From the IMG/VR virus record IMGVR_UViG_3300022602_000026: a DNA stretch of 64,000 nt; one strand, 5' to 3'. Each line of letters opens with the position of its first letter. Within the stretch, counting starts at the first letter, position 1. The DNA comes from a virus (Duplodnaviria > Caudoviricetes). The notes under the pieces are model-generated. The model was not told the DNA's origin and did no database searches. It saw nothing but the letters and a program-made list of their open reading frames with translations. The position numbers and the translations under genes were made by a program. Shown here one piece after another: positions 10,341-20,478 of the stretch.

Positions 10341-13118
10341 TCATTGACTTGGTGTAGTAGCCAACACTACTGGTTCGCCTTGGGCGTTGGCTCCGGTACC
10401 GATCGGCACAGTTGGGCCTTTTTTCGCTATATCTGACAACGGTGGAGTACCCGGCCATTCTGCTGGTACTTGTTCGTAAGGATCTATTAGATCGTTCCAA
10501 TTGGTTGTGGCCGGCTTAGTGGGCACATTGGCATCACCATCTTTAAGATACAAAGGATTGTTTGTCTGTGGCGGCCCAACAAAATTAACTGGTTTTTGTA
10601 TATCTTTACCCGACACACTGGGGTTTTGTGATTTATCGTTAACTGTGTTATCACCAGTTCTGTTAGCATCCGTGGTTTGACTATCTGGACCGGTGCTTGC
10701 TTCGCCCGAGCCCGATTGGTTGGCGTATCTCACACAGTCTAGCGATTGTGTAAACTTTCCGCCTTTAAACTCGCTATCAACTGTTAATATTTTATAGTAT
10801 CCGCTGTAATAAGCACGACTGTATCTACCATCAGTTTTAAGTAATCCGGTATTGTCGTCAATGTCCACTGGAGTTTTAAATATCAAGTTACAAAAAATTT
10901 CGCCGTTGTCCATTGCTATACTATTGGTAGTACCGGGAGGAACAAATTGATCGTTGTAATTGAATTTAAGGTACGAGGGATTGTAATGTATATCGTCTTG
11001 TTTGATAAATTGCGGATCGCCCAGTATGCTTAATTTTATATTTAATAAATCTGCTCCTGCAGCAGTATAGATATTTTTAGCAAATGCCTCGGCATTTTGT
11101 GCTTCAACTCTTGTTTCCGATCCACCAACAGTGGTACTTTGATCGCCCGAATACAATTGTTTTTGTACTGGGTTTACATCGCGCTGATTAGTTTCTTTCT
11201 TGCCTTTGGTGTTGCCGGATTCATCAAGTTTGGCAATGTTTAGCGCAGTGGTATTTGCATTGTTGACTTGCACGGGAACAAAATGTAAAGCATTAAATTC
11301 TATGTTAAAATCAATTACTTCAGTGTTTTGTCCGGTATAGATATATTGATATTCTTTAACTGCCGGGGGCGGTGGACTCTTGCTTGCAGCATCGTGTTTG
11401 TCGTTGTAGTAGGTGTATTTTTGAATGTTGTAGGTTATTATTTTACCCCATACATTTCTAACCGAATCAAATCGAGTCAGCTCAACTTGAGGAATTGTTC
11501 TATACCAATTCACCGGTGCTCCGTTTTTAAGATCGCTGAGTTGTTGTGCTGAATTTACTCTATTGTCTGCTGGCTTGTTTTTTATACTGGAATCATTTAA
11601 TTGATTGAGAATATAATCACTGTTCAACATCACCATGTCAATGACTGCAAGTATCTGTGTGCCGGCATTGAGATTGTGTACCGATTTAGTAAGATCGGGC
11701 CCTACTGCCTGCGGTCCTGTTTTGCTGGTAGTGTTGCCTTTTGATGCAGTTTTAGGATCAACTGCTGGCGTATTTCTAACAGTATTTTTATTTGGATCTA
11801 CAATTTTTGCTTCGCTGATTTCGGGATCGATATTGAATCTTATAGTATCAGCAACATCAATATGCCCGTCTATGGCTTCTCGTAGATTCCAATGATTGTA
11901 TGCTCCAGGCAAACTGGTTGTATTAACAGTAACTGGCGGCTTGTACACTGCAGATCCGGGTGGTGGTGCTGTTGTTGCATTTATCAAGCCCCTTCCGCCA
12001 CCGGCACCGCCAGTGTTTGTTGGTCCACTGACTACTTGTTGAGCAGTTTGATTATTTGTTGCATTTACATCACCGGCAGTATTTGTTTGTTCTCTAACAG
12101 CGTCGTTTAATTCGCCTTGATCGGCATTGGAGTCATTGGCAAAATAACTGCCTACTGTGTCGGCAGTGACATTGAAATTTGACTTCAGCGCCTGCGATGA
12201 TGCAAAGTTTGCTTGGTAGTGAAAAGGTACTGCTTGTATTTGATATTCTGCGCCCTTTGAAGTTACCTTTATCTTCATGGTAGCAATCTTGATACAAATA
12301 AATTTTTGTTGGTCTACTATTTCTACTTGGTTGCCTACATCGTCAGTGCCAAAAAAGTTTATTTCTAATAGGTAGGGTGTATCCAAATAGTTTGCCCCGT
12401 CCAGTTCGTCGCGTTGCATATCTATTAGTCGGTTGACAAACGTCAAACCATAAGGCTCGACAATTGTGAATTTAATATCAACTACATTTGACGAACGAAG
12501 CGGCGAGCTTGGGCCAATTACAGTTTTAATTTGCAATCCATCAAAATAAAAGTCATCAACAAACTCTTCAGATCTTTGTGTGCCAGTGCCGGTTGTTGTG
12601 TATGTTTTATTGTATTTGTTTCCGCCACTGATAATGTTCCTAGTAGGAGTAAAGTCCTGAGGATTGTTGATCATGACTTTGTAATCGGCGGCTGTTAGCG
12701 CATGAAGATTTATGTTATAGGTATAAGTGGAAAAATCACTTAAGACATTGGGGGTGGGTTTTATATTTTGCGGCACTCCACCAATTTGTGTTGTTTCGGG
12801 AGTTGTTCCGGTTTGTCCGCCGTCTTCTGAGTTTGCAGTTCCCTGACTTCCGCGGCCGGCGCCGGCCCCGGTTGGCGGCAACGGGGTAGATGTTTTGGAG
12901 TTTTGTTGTGCTACTAAATTTGCTCGTTCGGCAGTTAGTCTAGTAATATATGCTTGGTTTGCTTGATACTTGGGATCAACATTGGCTAGGCTTCGATCAA
13001 TTTGTGCAATTTTACTGGCAATTGCATCGCCACCGGCTGCATCTCCAGCAGTACCGGCCGCTTGAGCTTGTGTTTTATCTGCTACTACTTGAGCTCGTTG
13101 TGCTTGAGTTAATGGCAT
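10341..13118 (-). CDS. Baseplate hub / tail-associated structural protein (gp27-like position)
   Basis: 925 aa immediately upstream of the spike gene; ends with YSGYYKILTVDSEFKGGKFTQSLDCVR, resembling hub proteins. Assignment is mostly from synteny. Confidence 0.5.
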   Translation of the reverse strand: MPLTQAQRAQVVADKTQAQAAGTAGDAAGGDAIASKIAQIDRSLANVDPKYQANQAYITRLTAERANLVAQQNSKTSTPLPPTGAGAGRGSQGTANSEDGGQTGTTPETTQIGGVPQNIKPTPNVLSDFSTYTYNINLHALTAADYKVMINNPQDFTPTRNIISGGNKYNKTYTTTGTGTQRSEEFVDDFYFDGLQIKTVIGPSSPLRSSNVVDIKFTIVEPYGLTFVNRLIDMQRDELDGANYLDTPYLLEINFFGTDDVGNQVEIVDQQKFICIKIATMKIKVTSKGAEYQIQAVPFHYQANFASSQALKSNFNVTADTVGSYFANDSNADQGELNDAVREQTNTAGDVNATNNQTAQQVVSGPTNTGGAGGGRGLINATTAPPPGSAVYKPPVTVNTTSLPGAYNHWNLREAIDGHIDVADTIRFNIDPEISEAKIVDPNKNTVRNTPAVDPKTASKGNTTSKTGPQAVGPDLTKSVHNLNAGTQILAVIDMVMLNSDYILNQLNDSSIKNKPADNRVNSAQQLSDLKNGAPVNWYRTIPQVELTRFDSVRNVWGKIITYNIQKYTYYNDKHDAASKSPPPPAVKEYQYIYTGQNTEVIDFNIEFNALHFVPVQVNNANTTALNIAKLDESGNTKGKKETNQRDVNPVQKQLYSGDQSTTVGGSETRVEAQNAEAFAKNIYTAAGADLLNIKLSILGDPQFIKQDDIHYNPSYLKFNYNDQFVPPGTTNSIAMDNGEIFCNLIFKTPVDIDDNTGLLKTDGRYSRAYYSGYYKILTVDSEFKGGKFTQSLDCVRYANQSGSGEASTGPDSQTTDANRTGDNTVNDKSQNPSVSGKDIQKPVNFVGPPQTNNPLYLKDGDANVPTKPATTNWNDLIDPYEQVPAEWPGTPPLSDIAKKGPTVPIGTGANAQGEPVVLATTPSQ

Positions 13119-13119
13119 T

Positions 13120-13428
13120 TTAAATACCTAAATTGGTAGTCAGAGTTGTTTGTTTAGGGATATAAATCGATACCCCGGCTTGAAAGTCGAATATGGGATC
13201 GTCTAGGGTATTGGGATTACGTGCACGGAATACCCACCATAATGCACTATTACCGTATAAGTCATAGGCCAACATATCGGGACGATATTGATAGATACTG
13301 TTTATGGTAAACAACACATCATCGGTTTGTTTGTCAATTGTGGGATATACCAACAAATCTAAAAATTGTCCGTTGCCAAATGTATTGGTTTTTGCATAAG
13401 GACTGCTTTTGCTATAAACAACTGCCAT
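13120..13428 (-). CDS. gp53: Baseplate wedge protein, gp53-like (LysM-like)
   Basis: YQYRPDMLAYDLYGNSALWWVF…N motif is characteristic of gp53/tail-X proteins. Confidence 0.75.
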   Translation of the reverse strand: MAVVYSKSSPYAKTNTFGNGQFLDLLVYPTIDKQTDDVLFTINSIYQYRPDMLAYDLYGNSALWWVFRARNPNTLDDPIFDFQAGVSIYIPKQTTLTTNLGI

Positions 13429-14306
13429 TACAAGAATCCTCCCTTGCCCGACAACAGTTGTCCTTTGCTAAAATCTGTTAGATTCATATTGTTGTGTATA
13501 TTGCTACGACTAAAAACTGGTTGTATGGTAACTGTAATTTGACTTGTGGTAGGAAGTCTTGCTGTATTTTGTGCGCTCGAGCTAACCGACCCATCACTTT
13601 CGTAATAGGTTTTTGCTCCCCCGGGTGCTGTAGAATATTTAAATTCCAAGTAATCACAATCTGGAGGCATGGTGTGCGAAAAACTTGTGACTATGCAACT
13701 CACGTGCGGAAAATAAAAATCTCCGTAACCGTCTAGGTACACAATCGGCGGAGGCGATCCTGCCAACGAATCTGTTCCAAAAAACATTTTTGTACAACTT
13801 CTAAAAAAGTAAATTGTTGCCAACAGGTATAATGCATCGTCGGTATTCTGTACTGTAAAATCTCCAGTGATGGTGATTGGGCCCACATCTGATCCATCAT
13901 AAAAATAATTTTTGTAGTTGCTGTGTGTCAATGCTTGTTCTTGATAACGGGCATTGTGCGTTACTGTTATGCTGGGTGTGTAGGGAAATATCACGCCACC
14001 GGTTCTATTCAAAATATTTAAAAATGTATTTGATTTGTCGTTATAAAAAATCTTGCTTGCTGTTGGTAAACTGATCTTTACCCGCCAATCCTTTTTATCG
14101 GGATTTTTTGGATCTTTGGCTTTTGATATATTTTTTGTGGGCGTTTTATTCTTTTTGAATAGTCCGGCAACGCCACCATCAAATAACCCAGAAATTTGTT
14201 TTCTGATTCCGGCCGGATCAACAATATTCAGCGCCGTGTCGAGTAACCCAGGCTTGCTTGTACTTGTCGAGGGGTCGTTTACTCCAATTGATCCTTGTAA
14301 TGGCAT
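13428..14306 (-). CDS. Baseplate tail-tube initiator/cap protein (gp48/gp54-like)
   Basis: GGVIFPYTPSIT…ITITGDFTVQN…FFRSCTKMFFG…PPPIVYLDGYG tube-fold pattern; upstream of gp53. Confidence 0.55.
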   Translation of the reverse strand: MPLQGSIGVNDPSTSTSKPGLLDTALNIVDPAGIRKQISGLFDGGVAGLFKKNKTPTKNISKAKDPKNPDKKDWRVKISLPTASKIFYNDKSNTFLNILNRTGGVIFPYTPSITVTHNARYQEQALTHSNYKNYFYDGSDVGPITITGDFTVQNTDDALYLLATIYFFRSCTKMFFGTDSLAGSPPPIVYLDGYGDFYFPHVSCIVTSFSHTMPPDCDYLEFKYSTAPGGAKTYYESDGSVSSSAQNTARLPTTSQITVTIQPVFSRSNIHNNMNLTDFSKGQLLSGKGGFL

Positions 14307-14398
14307 GTTAAATTATCCTTGTATATCTATATTTATGGATAAAATAAACTGCTACTATTATAAAAAGGTTGACTAAATTGCGATAAATATGTTAGTAT

Positions 14399-15301
14399 AT
14401 GCTAACTTATAAGGAAGCAAAGGTGAAACATAACTACCTCAACAACAAAGATATCTTAAAAGAAATACATAAAAGCAAGACCACATACTGTACATTTACC
14501 AAACCCGAGTATGCCGATTACGATATGATCTTGCCAGATATTGGAAAAATTAACAAAAAGAACATCTTAGAAGCTAGAAAATTACGTGCCGAACGACTGG
14601 CCAAGTTGGCATACGATGCCAGTATTGCCGAAGGAATTAAGAGGAAATTAGACGAATTTGAGATAAAACTCAAGGATGTTCCAGCAACAGATGTTGTGTT
14701 TAGAGTTATGACCTGGGAGCATATTCCTGTAGATGATGCCAAAACCAAAAAAGCACGTATGACCGCGCTCGAGATCGAAGATGACGAAGATCCATTGCTG
14801 ACCGAATACGACGAAATGGATTTGACGCATACCAAATATGTCAAAGTAAATTTTCCACCGTTCCAGCATTTCAAAGTGGACGAAGAGGGCAATCCAGTAC
14901 TGGTGGGCAAAAGCCACTGGAAGGGCGATTTGGAGACTGGCGAGTTCAACAAGATGCACGGCAACATGACCAAGAAGTTGGCTCATATGTTTATGAAACT
15001 GTGCGAACGCTATGCTACTCGCAGCAACTGGCGCGGATATACCTACAACGATGAAATGCGTAGCCAAGCACTGCTGCAACTGACTTACATAGGATTGAGA
15101 TTTGATGAATCAAAATCGGCCAATCCGTTTGCTTATTATACTGCCGCAGTTACCAATAGCTTTACTAGAATTTTGAATATCGAAAAGCGAAATCAAAATA
15201 TTCGTGATGATATTTTGGAAATGAACGGTCTCAACCCCAGTTACACACGTCAAGGCATGAGTGGTGGATACAGTGGAGGAGAAAGTAGTTACGATGAGTA
15301 A
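14399..15301 (+). CDS. gp55: Late-transcription sigma factor, gp55-like
   Basis: HNYLNNKDILKEI and NWRGYTYNDEM…FDESKSANPFAYYT…F.RILNIEKRNQ. True start may be GTG at 14423 after AAGGA. Confidence 0.85.
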   Translation: MLTYKEAKVKHNYLNNKDILKEIHKSKTTYCTFTKPEYADYDMILPDIGKINKKNILEARKLRAERLAKLAYDASIAEGIKRKLDEFEIKLKDVPATDVVFRVMTWEHIPVDDAKTKKARMTALEIEDDEDPLLTEYDEMDLTHTKYVKVNFPPFQHFKVDEEGNPVLVGKSHWKGDLETGEFNKMHGNMTKKLAHMFMKLCERYATRSNWRGYTYNDEMRSQALLQLTYIGLRFDESKSANPFAYYTAAVTNSFTRILNIEKRNQNIRDDILEMNGLNPSYTRQGMSGGYSGGESSYDE

Positions 15302-15309
15302 ATTGGCCA

Positions 15310-15339
15310 TTGCTCTTTGATCAACATTTCTGCTATACT
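15310..15339 (+). promoter_or_regulatory. Sigma70-type promoter with extended -10 upstream of gp47
   Basis: TTGCTC (15310-15), 18 nt, TG-n-TATACT (15331-39); ATG follows 6 nt later. Confidence 0.6.
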
Positions 15340-15345
15340 AGTTGA

Positions 15346-16362
15346 ATGTCTAACTTATTTAAAAAAGCCGCGCTATTCACTGATATACATTTTGGATTAA
15401 AGTCAAACAGTACTCAACACAACGAGGACTGTTTGAACTTTGTTCGATGGGCCACTGCCAAAGCACTAGAAGAAGGGTGTGATACTGCATTCTTTTTGGG
15501 CGATTGGCATAATAATCGAGCGTCAATAAATATATTAACATTGGGCTATAGCCTTCAAGCATTGGAGCATTTAAATGCTAATTTTTCTCGTGTGTATTTT
15601 ATCCCTGGCAATCATGACCTTTACTATCGGGATAAGAGAGATGTACAGAGCGTTGAATGGGCAAAGCATCTCCCTAACGTTGTTATATGCAATGATTGGA
15701 CTACAGTTGGGGATTGTGTTATCGCTCCTTGGCTTGTGGGAAATGATTACACTCGTATACCCAAACTAAAAGGTAAATATATGTTTGGGCACTTTGAATT
15801 GCCCGGATACTTAATGAATGCCATGGTAGCCATGCCCGAACACGGTGAGCTACGTAGAGAAAATTTTTCAAACTTTGATCATGTTTTTACGGGTCATTTC
15901 CACAAAAGACAAACACAAAAGAATATAACATACATAGGAAATTGCTTCCCGCACAACTACGCCGATGCTGGGGACGACGATCGAGGTCTTACCATACTAG
16001 AGTGGGGCAAAGAGCCCGAGTATCATGCGTGGCCTGACCAACCCCGTTATCGCGTATTCAATCTAAGCGATGTGTTACAACACACCGAAGCAATGTTGCA
16101 ACCCGGGATGCATGTGCGTGTGAATCTAGATATTGATATCAGTTACGAGGAATCGACATTTATCAAAGAAACATTTATCAACACCTATAAGTTGCGCGAG
16201 ATTACATTAATTCCAGCAAAGGTAACTGAATTAACCGAATATCAAATGCAGGGCAACATTGAATTTGAAAGTGTAGATCAAATTGTGCATAGCCAACTTA
16301 CCAACATAGACAGTAAACAATACGACCCCAATTTATTATTAGACTTGTACCGAAACTTATGA
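15346..16362 (+). CDS. gp47: Recombination nuclease, Mre11/SbcD-like (T4 gp47)
   Basis: Metallophosphoesterase motifs FTDIHFG, GDWH, GNHD, GHFE, GHFH. Confidence 0.92.
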   Translation: MSNLFKKAALFTDIHFGLKSNSTQHNEDCLNFVRWATAKALEEGCDTAFFLGDWHNNRASINILTLGYSLQALEHLNANFSRVYFIPGNHDLYYRDKRDVQSVEWAKHLPNVVICNDWTTVGDCVIAPWLVGNDYTRIPKLKGKYMFGHFELPGYLMNAMVAMPEHGELRRENFSNFDHVFTGHFHKRQTQKNITYIGNCFPHNYADAGDDDRGLTILEWGKEPEYHAWPDQPRYRVFNLSDVLQHTEAMLQPGMHVRVNLDIDISYEESTFIKETFINTYKLREITLIPAKVTELTEYQMQGNIEFESVDQIVHSQLTNIDSKQYDPNLLLDLYRNL

Positions 16363-17828
16363 CACCGTTAGAAATTATCTCCAGAGACTATTTACTTAAA
16401 ACTGTAAAGTATTATGATGGCGATGACTGTGTTGTAAAGAACTATAAAGACTTTGAAGATGAAATTGTTTTTTGGAAGGTTATGTTATACGAAGCCTGTA
16501 ACATACGTCCCGGATCTAATATTGCAGTCTATGATCGAACCATAAGATTCAATTACTGTACACTGTTTTTAGCAGCAGCCGAGTTGGGTGCTAGGCTGAT
16601 TGTTATTCCCGACTATCCGGTTGAAGGCACTCCAAGAAACGACAAGATGGATCGATTTGTTGAGGTCTACGGTAGATTAGATCTCTGCATATTTGATGAC
16701 AGTGCTGGTACTAGTCAAGCCTTAATAGATTTGACCAACTACTATGGCAATATGACTATTGCCAAAACAATGCTAGACACTTACGAGATTCAAGATCATA
16801 AAAATTATGAGCTAATGTCTACTACTGTGTTTGCCAAACCCGAAGATATCTTTATTATTACCACTACCAGTGGCAGTAGCGGTGAGCCAAAATTAATCCC
16901 GTTCTTGCATCGTCAGATGTACAGAAACGGCAAACGCAATGTAAAAGTATTGGGATTCAATCCCGAAGATCGTGCATGCCATACTAGAAACATGCATCAT
17001 CCTTTTGTGTTAACTGATTTTTTCCTTCCCTCGTTGTGCGGGATCAATCATCACTACAGTATTCCCTTTATTTCGGCCTTTGAAAATGATCAAGCAATTT
17101 TAAAAGCCTTAGACTTTATAAACACACACAAAATCAATCAAATTGCGTTTAGTTCTAGAGCTGCAATGGAAAGTCTGTTGTCGTATATGTCTGACAACAA
17201 TTTGCAGTTCAAGCACGAATTCAATATCATAGTCGGCGGGCAGTATGTGCCTAAAAAGTATCTTGAATACGTCAAGAAAACCAACGTGACAAAAATAATA
17301 GCCAATCTTGGAACGTCCGAGACCATGGCACCGTTGTTAATGAAGCATATAACTCCGCAGGACGATCTCGACACCTATGATGAACAGTTCCTGGGCTATC
17401 CTCCCGACGACACTTATCAATTTCGACTTGAAGGCGAGCGATTGCTAGTTGCTTGTCCAAGTTTGTACGAAGGCTACAAACAACTTGACGACAGATTCAG
17501 CGGAGATACTGTAAATGGTTTTTATCATTTGGGTCGAGAAAATTTTTATAGAATTGATCACATTGAATTTAAACTGTCCGATGTTGTGCAAGTGGTCAAG
17601 GACACATTCTCTGGAGACTTTGACATGTGCGCCGATACCAAGTATCAAAATTTATATCTTGCAGTCTGGAGCGGCAAAATTGATTTTGCAGCAGTCAACG
17701 CTGCAATGCAACGAAGACTAATGGTTACATTTCGAGATTACGATTACTTGGACAAATCAAAATTTACCACTGGTATCAAATTAGATCAAATAGCAATACG
17801 TAATCATTTTAGAAGGAAAACGTCGTGA
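16359..17828 (+). CDS. Adenylate-forming (ANL/AMP-binding) enzyme, copy 1
   Basis: A3 P-loop TTTSGSSGEPK, A5 LGTSE, A7 LDDRF, A8 LGRENFYRI, A10 lysine in TGIKLD; start overlaps the gp47 stop (ATGA). Confidence 0.75.
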   Translation: MTPLEIISRDYLLKTVKYYDGDDCVVKNYKDFEDEIVFWKVMLYEACNIRPGSNIAVYDRTIRFNYCTLFLAAAELGARLIVIPDYPVEGTPRNDKMDRFVEVYGRLDLCIFDDSAGTSQALIDLTNYYGNMTIAKTMLDTYEIQDHKNYELMSTTVFAKPEDIFIITTTSGSSGEPKLIPFLHRQMYRNGKRNVKVLGFNPEDRACHTRNMHHPFVLTDFFLPSLCGINHHYSIPFISAFENDQAILKALDFINTHKINQIAFSSRAAMESLLSYMSDNNLQFKHEFNIIVGGQYVPKKYLEYVKKTNVTKIIANLGTSETMAPLLMKHITPQDDLDTYDEQFLGYPPDDTYQFRLEGERLLVACPSLYEGYKQLDDRFSGDTVNGFYHLGRENFYRIDHIEFKLSDVVQVVKDTFSGDFDMCADTKYQNLYLAVWSGKIDFAAVNAAMQRRLMVTFRDYDYLDKSKFTTGIKLDQIAIRNHFRRKTS

Positions 17829-18742
17829 AGAAACTATTATTAACAACTTTACTGGCATACGCAGGTGTAACCTTTGCCGCAGAAACTATCACTGTGCTAA
17901 ATCCACAGGGACCGGGCTATTCGGGTACACCGCAATTTATGGCCACTATCGACGAAGCCAATCGATTGCAGAGCCGATATCAATTTGTGCCAGAGTTTAA
18001 AGTGGGCGGATTTGAAAGTGTAGCACTACTAGATGTAAAATCAAATCCTCAAAACAAAATTACCAGCGTGGTCACAAGTCACTTGGAAGCGATAGATCGC
18101 GGCCTAGTCAATTCCACAGACTATACGCCCGTGTTTGCCAACGGCGATGCTTGTTGGGCGCTGGCCAGTAACTTTGGCGACGAACGACTGGGACTGGCAA
18201 ACATCAAAGAAGTCAAAGAACTGATAGTAGGAGCGCCGGCACTGGGAGGTGCGTTACACTTAATGGCGTTGGAACTAGGTAAGCGCTACAACAAGCCGGT
18301 GCGTTTTATATTTTATAAAACCAATGGTGAAGCCGTTTATGCCATGATGCAGGGCGATGTAAACATGACTTTGGATCGTGTAAGTGTCTATCAAGGATAC
18401 AAAAAGAAGTTTCCCAATGTAACCATGTTGGCCATGACCTGTAACCGCCGACATCAAGACGCTCCCGAATTAAAAACCCTACACGAACAAGGTGTAGACG
18501 TTCCTCCAATCTTTAATGTTATCATGTCCAGCAAAGACATGGACGCAACACGTAGACAAGAAATAAAAGCTATCCTTGAACAAGCAACCAAGGCCATTGG
18601 CGAGCAGGAACTTGTTAAACTGGGCGATCATGTTCCTGCTATGTTTCAAAACTTAGATTCCGAGACCTATTACCGAGACCGAACAGACAAGCATATCAAG
18701 TTACGCAAAAAATGGCACGATGCAGTTGAGGCTTCTAGATAA
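17825..18742 (+). CDS. Bug/TctC-family periplasmic solute-binding protein, copy 1
   Basis: Signal peptide MKKLLLTTLLAYAGVTFA; GGALHLMALEL, YKTNGEAVYAMMQGDVN and PELKTLHEQG match Bug-family motifs; about 305 aa. Confidence 0.75.
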   Translation: MKKLLLTTLLAYAGVTFAAETITVLNPQGPGYSGTPQFMATIDEANRLQSRYQFVPEFKVGGFESVALLDVKSNPQNKITSVVTSHLEAIDRGLVNSTDYTPVFANGDACWALASNFGDERLGLANIKEVKELIVGAPALGGALHLMALELGKRYNKPVRFIFYKTNGEAVYAMMQGDVNMTLDRVSVYQGYKKKFPNVTMLAMTCNRRHQDAPELKTLHEQGVDVPPIFNVIMSSKDMDATRRQEIKAILEQATKAIGEQELVKLGDHVPAMFQNLDSETYYRDRTDKHIKLRKKWHDAVEASR

Positions 18743-20205
18743 TGTTACCCGTTGAACAACAAGTAATTTCAAGAAATATCTTCAATCCCGAGACTAGGTT
18801 ACATCACTTAACTGTCGAGGGATACGGCGAAGTGCCGTTTAGCCACGAAGAAATATGCGATCATATTTCTTTTTGGAAGATTCTATTGGTAGAAAAGTAC
18901 GGTGCCTGTAAAGGACAAACTATTCTAATAGAATACAATCTCAACAGTATCTATTCCAATTCGGCTATTTTTGCAGCTTTTGAATTGGGCTTGATCTTGA
19001 TTGTTGACTGGCCCCATGCTTATAACGAAGATGATGTAAACAGTTATAAAATGACCATGCATGGCAAGATTGATCATGCTATCATGTACAGCAAACAACT
19101 AGATCCCGCAAGCAAAGATTTTTATAAATATTGGGATGCTAGAAGAAATATTGTAAACTGTCGCAATATTATAACCGAATTAGATTTTGACAACTACGAA
19201 ATACAGGGCCAAGATGCATACAATCAAATTGGTACCAAGATATTTGCCGAACCCAACGATATAGCAATATGGTCCGCTAGTAGTGGCACTACCGGATTGC
19301 CAAAAAAGATCGAGATCAGCCACAGAAAAGTTTACTTGCAGGCCGAACGACTAGCAAGGCATTTGGGCTTTACCGATACAGATCGCAGTTTGCATGTAAA
19401 AAATATTCATCACGGGGCAAGTATGTGCTATCACTTCTTGCCAACTTGGATGTTTGCCAAGGAACAATATTGTTTAAATCACGACTCGATTGACGAATTG
19501 CCCGAGAAGATCAAAAAACACAAGATCAATAAAGTGTTGTTGTACTCGACATCAATGACCCTGGGCTATCTAAGAGCCACCGATCCACTCGAACATCCAT
19601 TGGATATCATAACACTGTTCAGTCCATCACGGGAAGCACTGGAACTAGTGAACCAAAAGAATGTACAGTCACTTAAGATTGTTTTTGGCGATACTACCAT
19701 TGGACTGGGCTTCTTTGTCAAGACTGTGTTCAACGGCGAAGATCCTGATGCTTACGAAAAACCCTATGTGGGTAAAAAGCTAGATGACTTTTTTGATCTC
19801 AAAGTCGAAGATGGTGCTTTATGGATTGCCATCCCCGAGCTTGACGAAGACTGGAAGACCAGCAACGATAGCTTTGAGTTAAAGGGCGATAAGTTTTATT
19901 TTTACGGCCGACGTAACATGTACAGGATCGGTGACGAGTGGGTCATACTCGGGCACCTGGATGCCGAGACTGAAAGATTGTTCGGGGATCGAGCAACTAT
20001 TGTGGTTGATCAAGAACTAGAATCAATTTATCTTGGTATTTGGACCGAGAACCCGCAAGCAGAAAAAGAATTAAACGATTACTTCGCTAGAAACTTTAAG
20101 AAAGTGTCGATCAACAAAGTGTTACGGGGTGTGGACATGAACGAGTTTGTCAGCAGTAGAAAAGTTGATCGCCAACGTCTCAGGGACGTTTGTCGCCGAA
20201 TATAA
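18742..20205 (+). CDS. Adenylate-forming (ANL/AMP-binding) enzyme, copy 2
   Basis: SASSGTTGLPKKIEISH, KNIHHGAS, SNDSF, YGRRNMYRI, SSRKVDR. Confidence 0.75.
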   Translation: MLPVEQQVISRNIFNPETRLHHLTVEGYGEVPFSHEEICDHISFWKILLVEKYGACKGQTILIEYNLNSIYSNSAIFAAFELGLILIVDWPHAYNEDDVNSYKMTMHGKIDHAIMYSKQLDPASKDFYKYWDARRNIVNCRNIITELDFDNYEIQGQDAYNQIGTKIFAEPNDIAIWSASSGTTGLPKKIEISHRKVYLQAERLARHLGFTDTDRSLHVKNIHHGASMCYHFLPTWMFAKEQYCLNHDSIDELPEKIKKHKINKVLLYSTSMTLGYLRATDPLEHPLDIITLFSPSREALELVNQKNVQSLKIVFGDTTIGLGFFVKTVFNGEDPDAYEKPYVGKKLDDFFDLKVEDGALWIAIPELDEDWKTSNDSFELKGDKFYFYGRRNMYRIGDEWVILGHLDAETERLFGDRATIVVDQELESIYLGIWTENPQAEKELNDYFARNFKKVSINKVLRGVDMNEFVSSRKVDRQRLRDVCRRI

Positions 20206-20428
20206 TAGCAGTATTGTTGTTGACAACAAGATTGCCTGCACAGGCCACAGTCCATTGAAGCCTTCCGCCAAATTCTGGAACTTGTTCGGTCCAAGTATTG
20301 ACTTCGATACTGACATTATCAACAAAAAATTCATTTAGTTCGTTTTCGGTGCGCTCGACTATACGCCAAGCAGGTGCATTGGGATTTGTCAAATGCTTGG
20401 GATTAAATTGTAAATGGTATTTGTTCAT
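20180..20428 (-). CDS. Small hypothetical phage protein, antisense within the ANL/Bug cassette
   Basis: 82 aa MNKYHLQFN…AWRIVE…WTVACAGNL; own late-promoter-like AATAAATA at 20434-20441 on the minus strand; fills the gap between ANL-2 and Bug-2. Confidence 0.6.
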   Translation of the reverse strand: MNKYHLQFNPKHLTNPNAPAWRIVERTENELNEFFVDNVSIEVNTWTEQVPEFGGRLQWTVACAGNLVVNNNTAIIFGDKRP

Positions 20429-20478
20429 AATGATATTTATTGATGCCGTTTTATGTTAAAATTACTATTGGAGTTATT

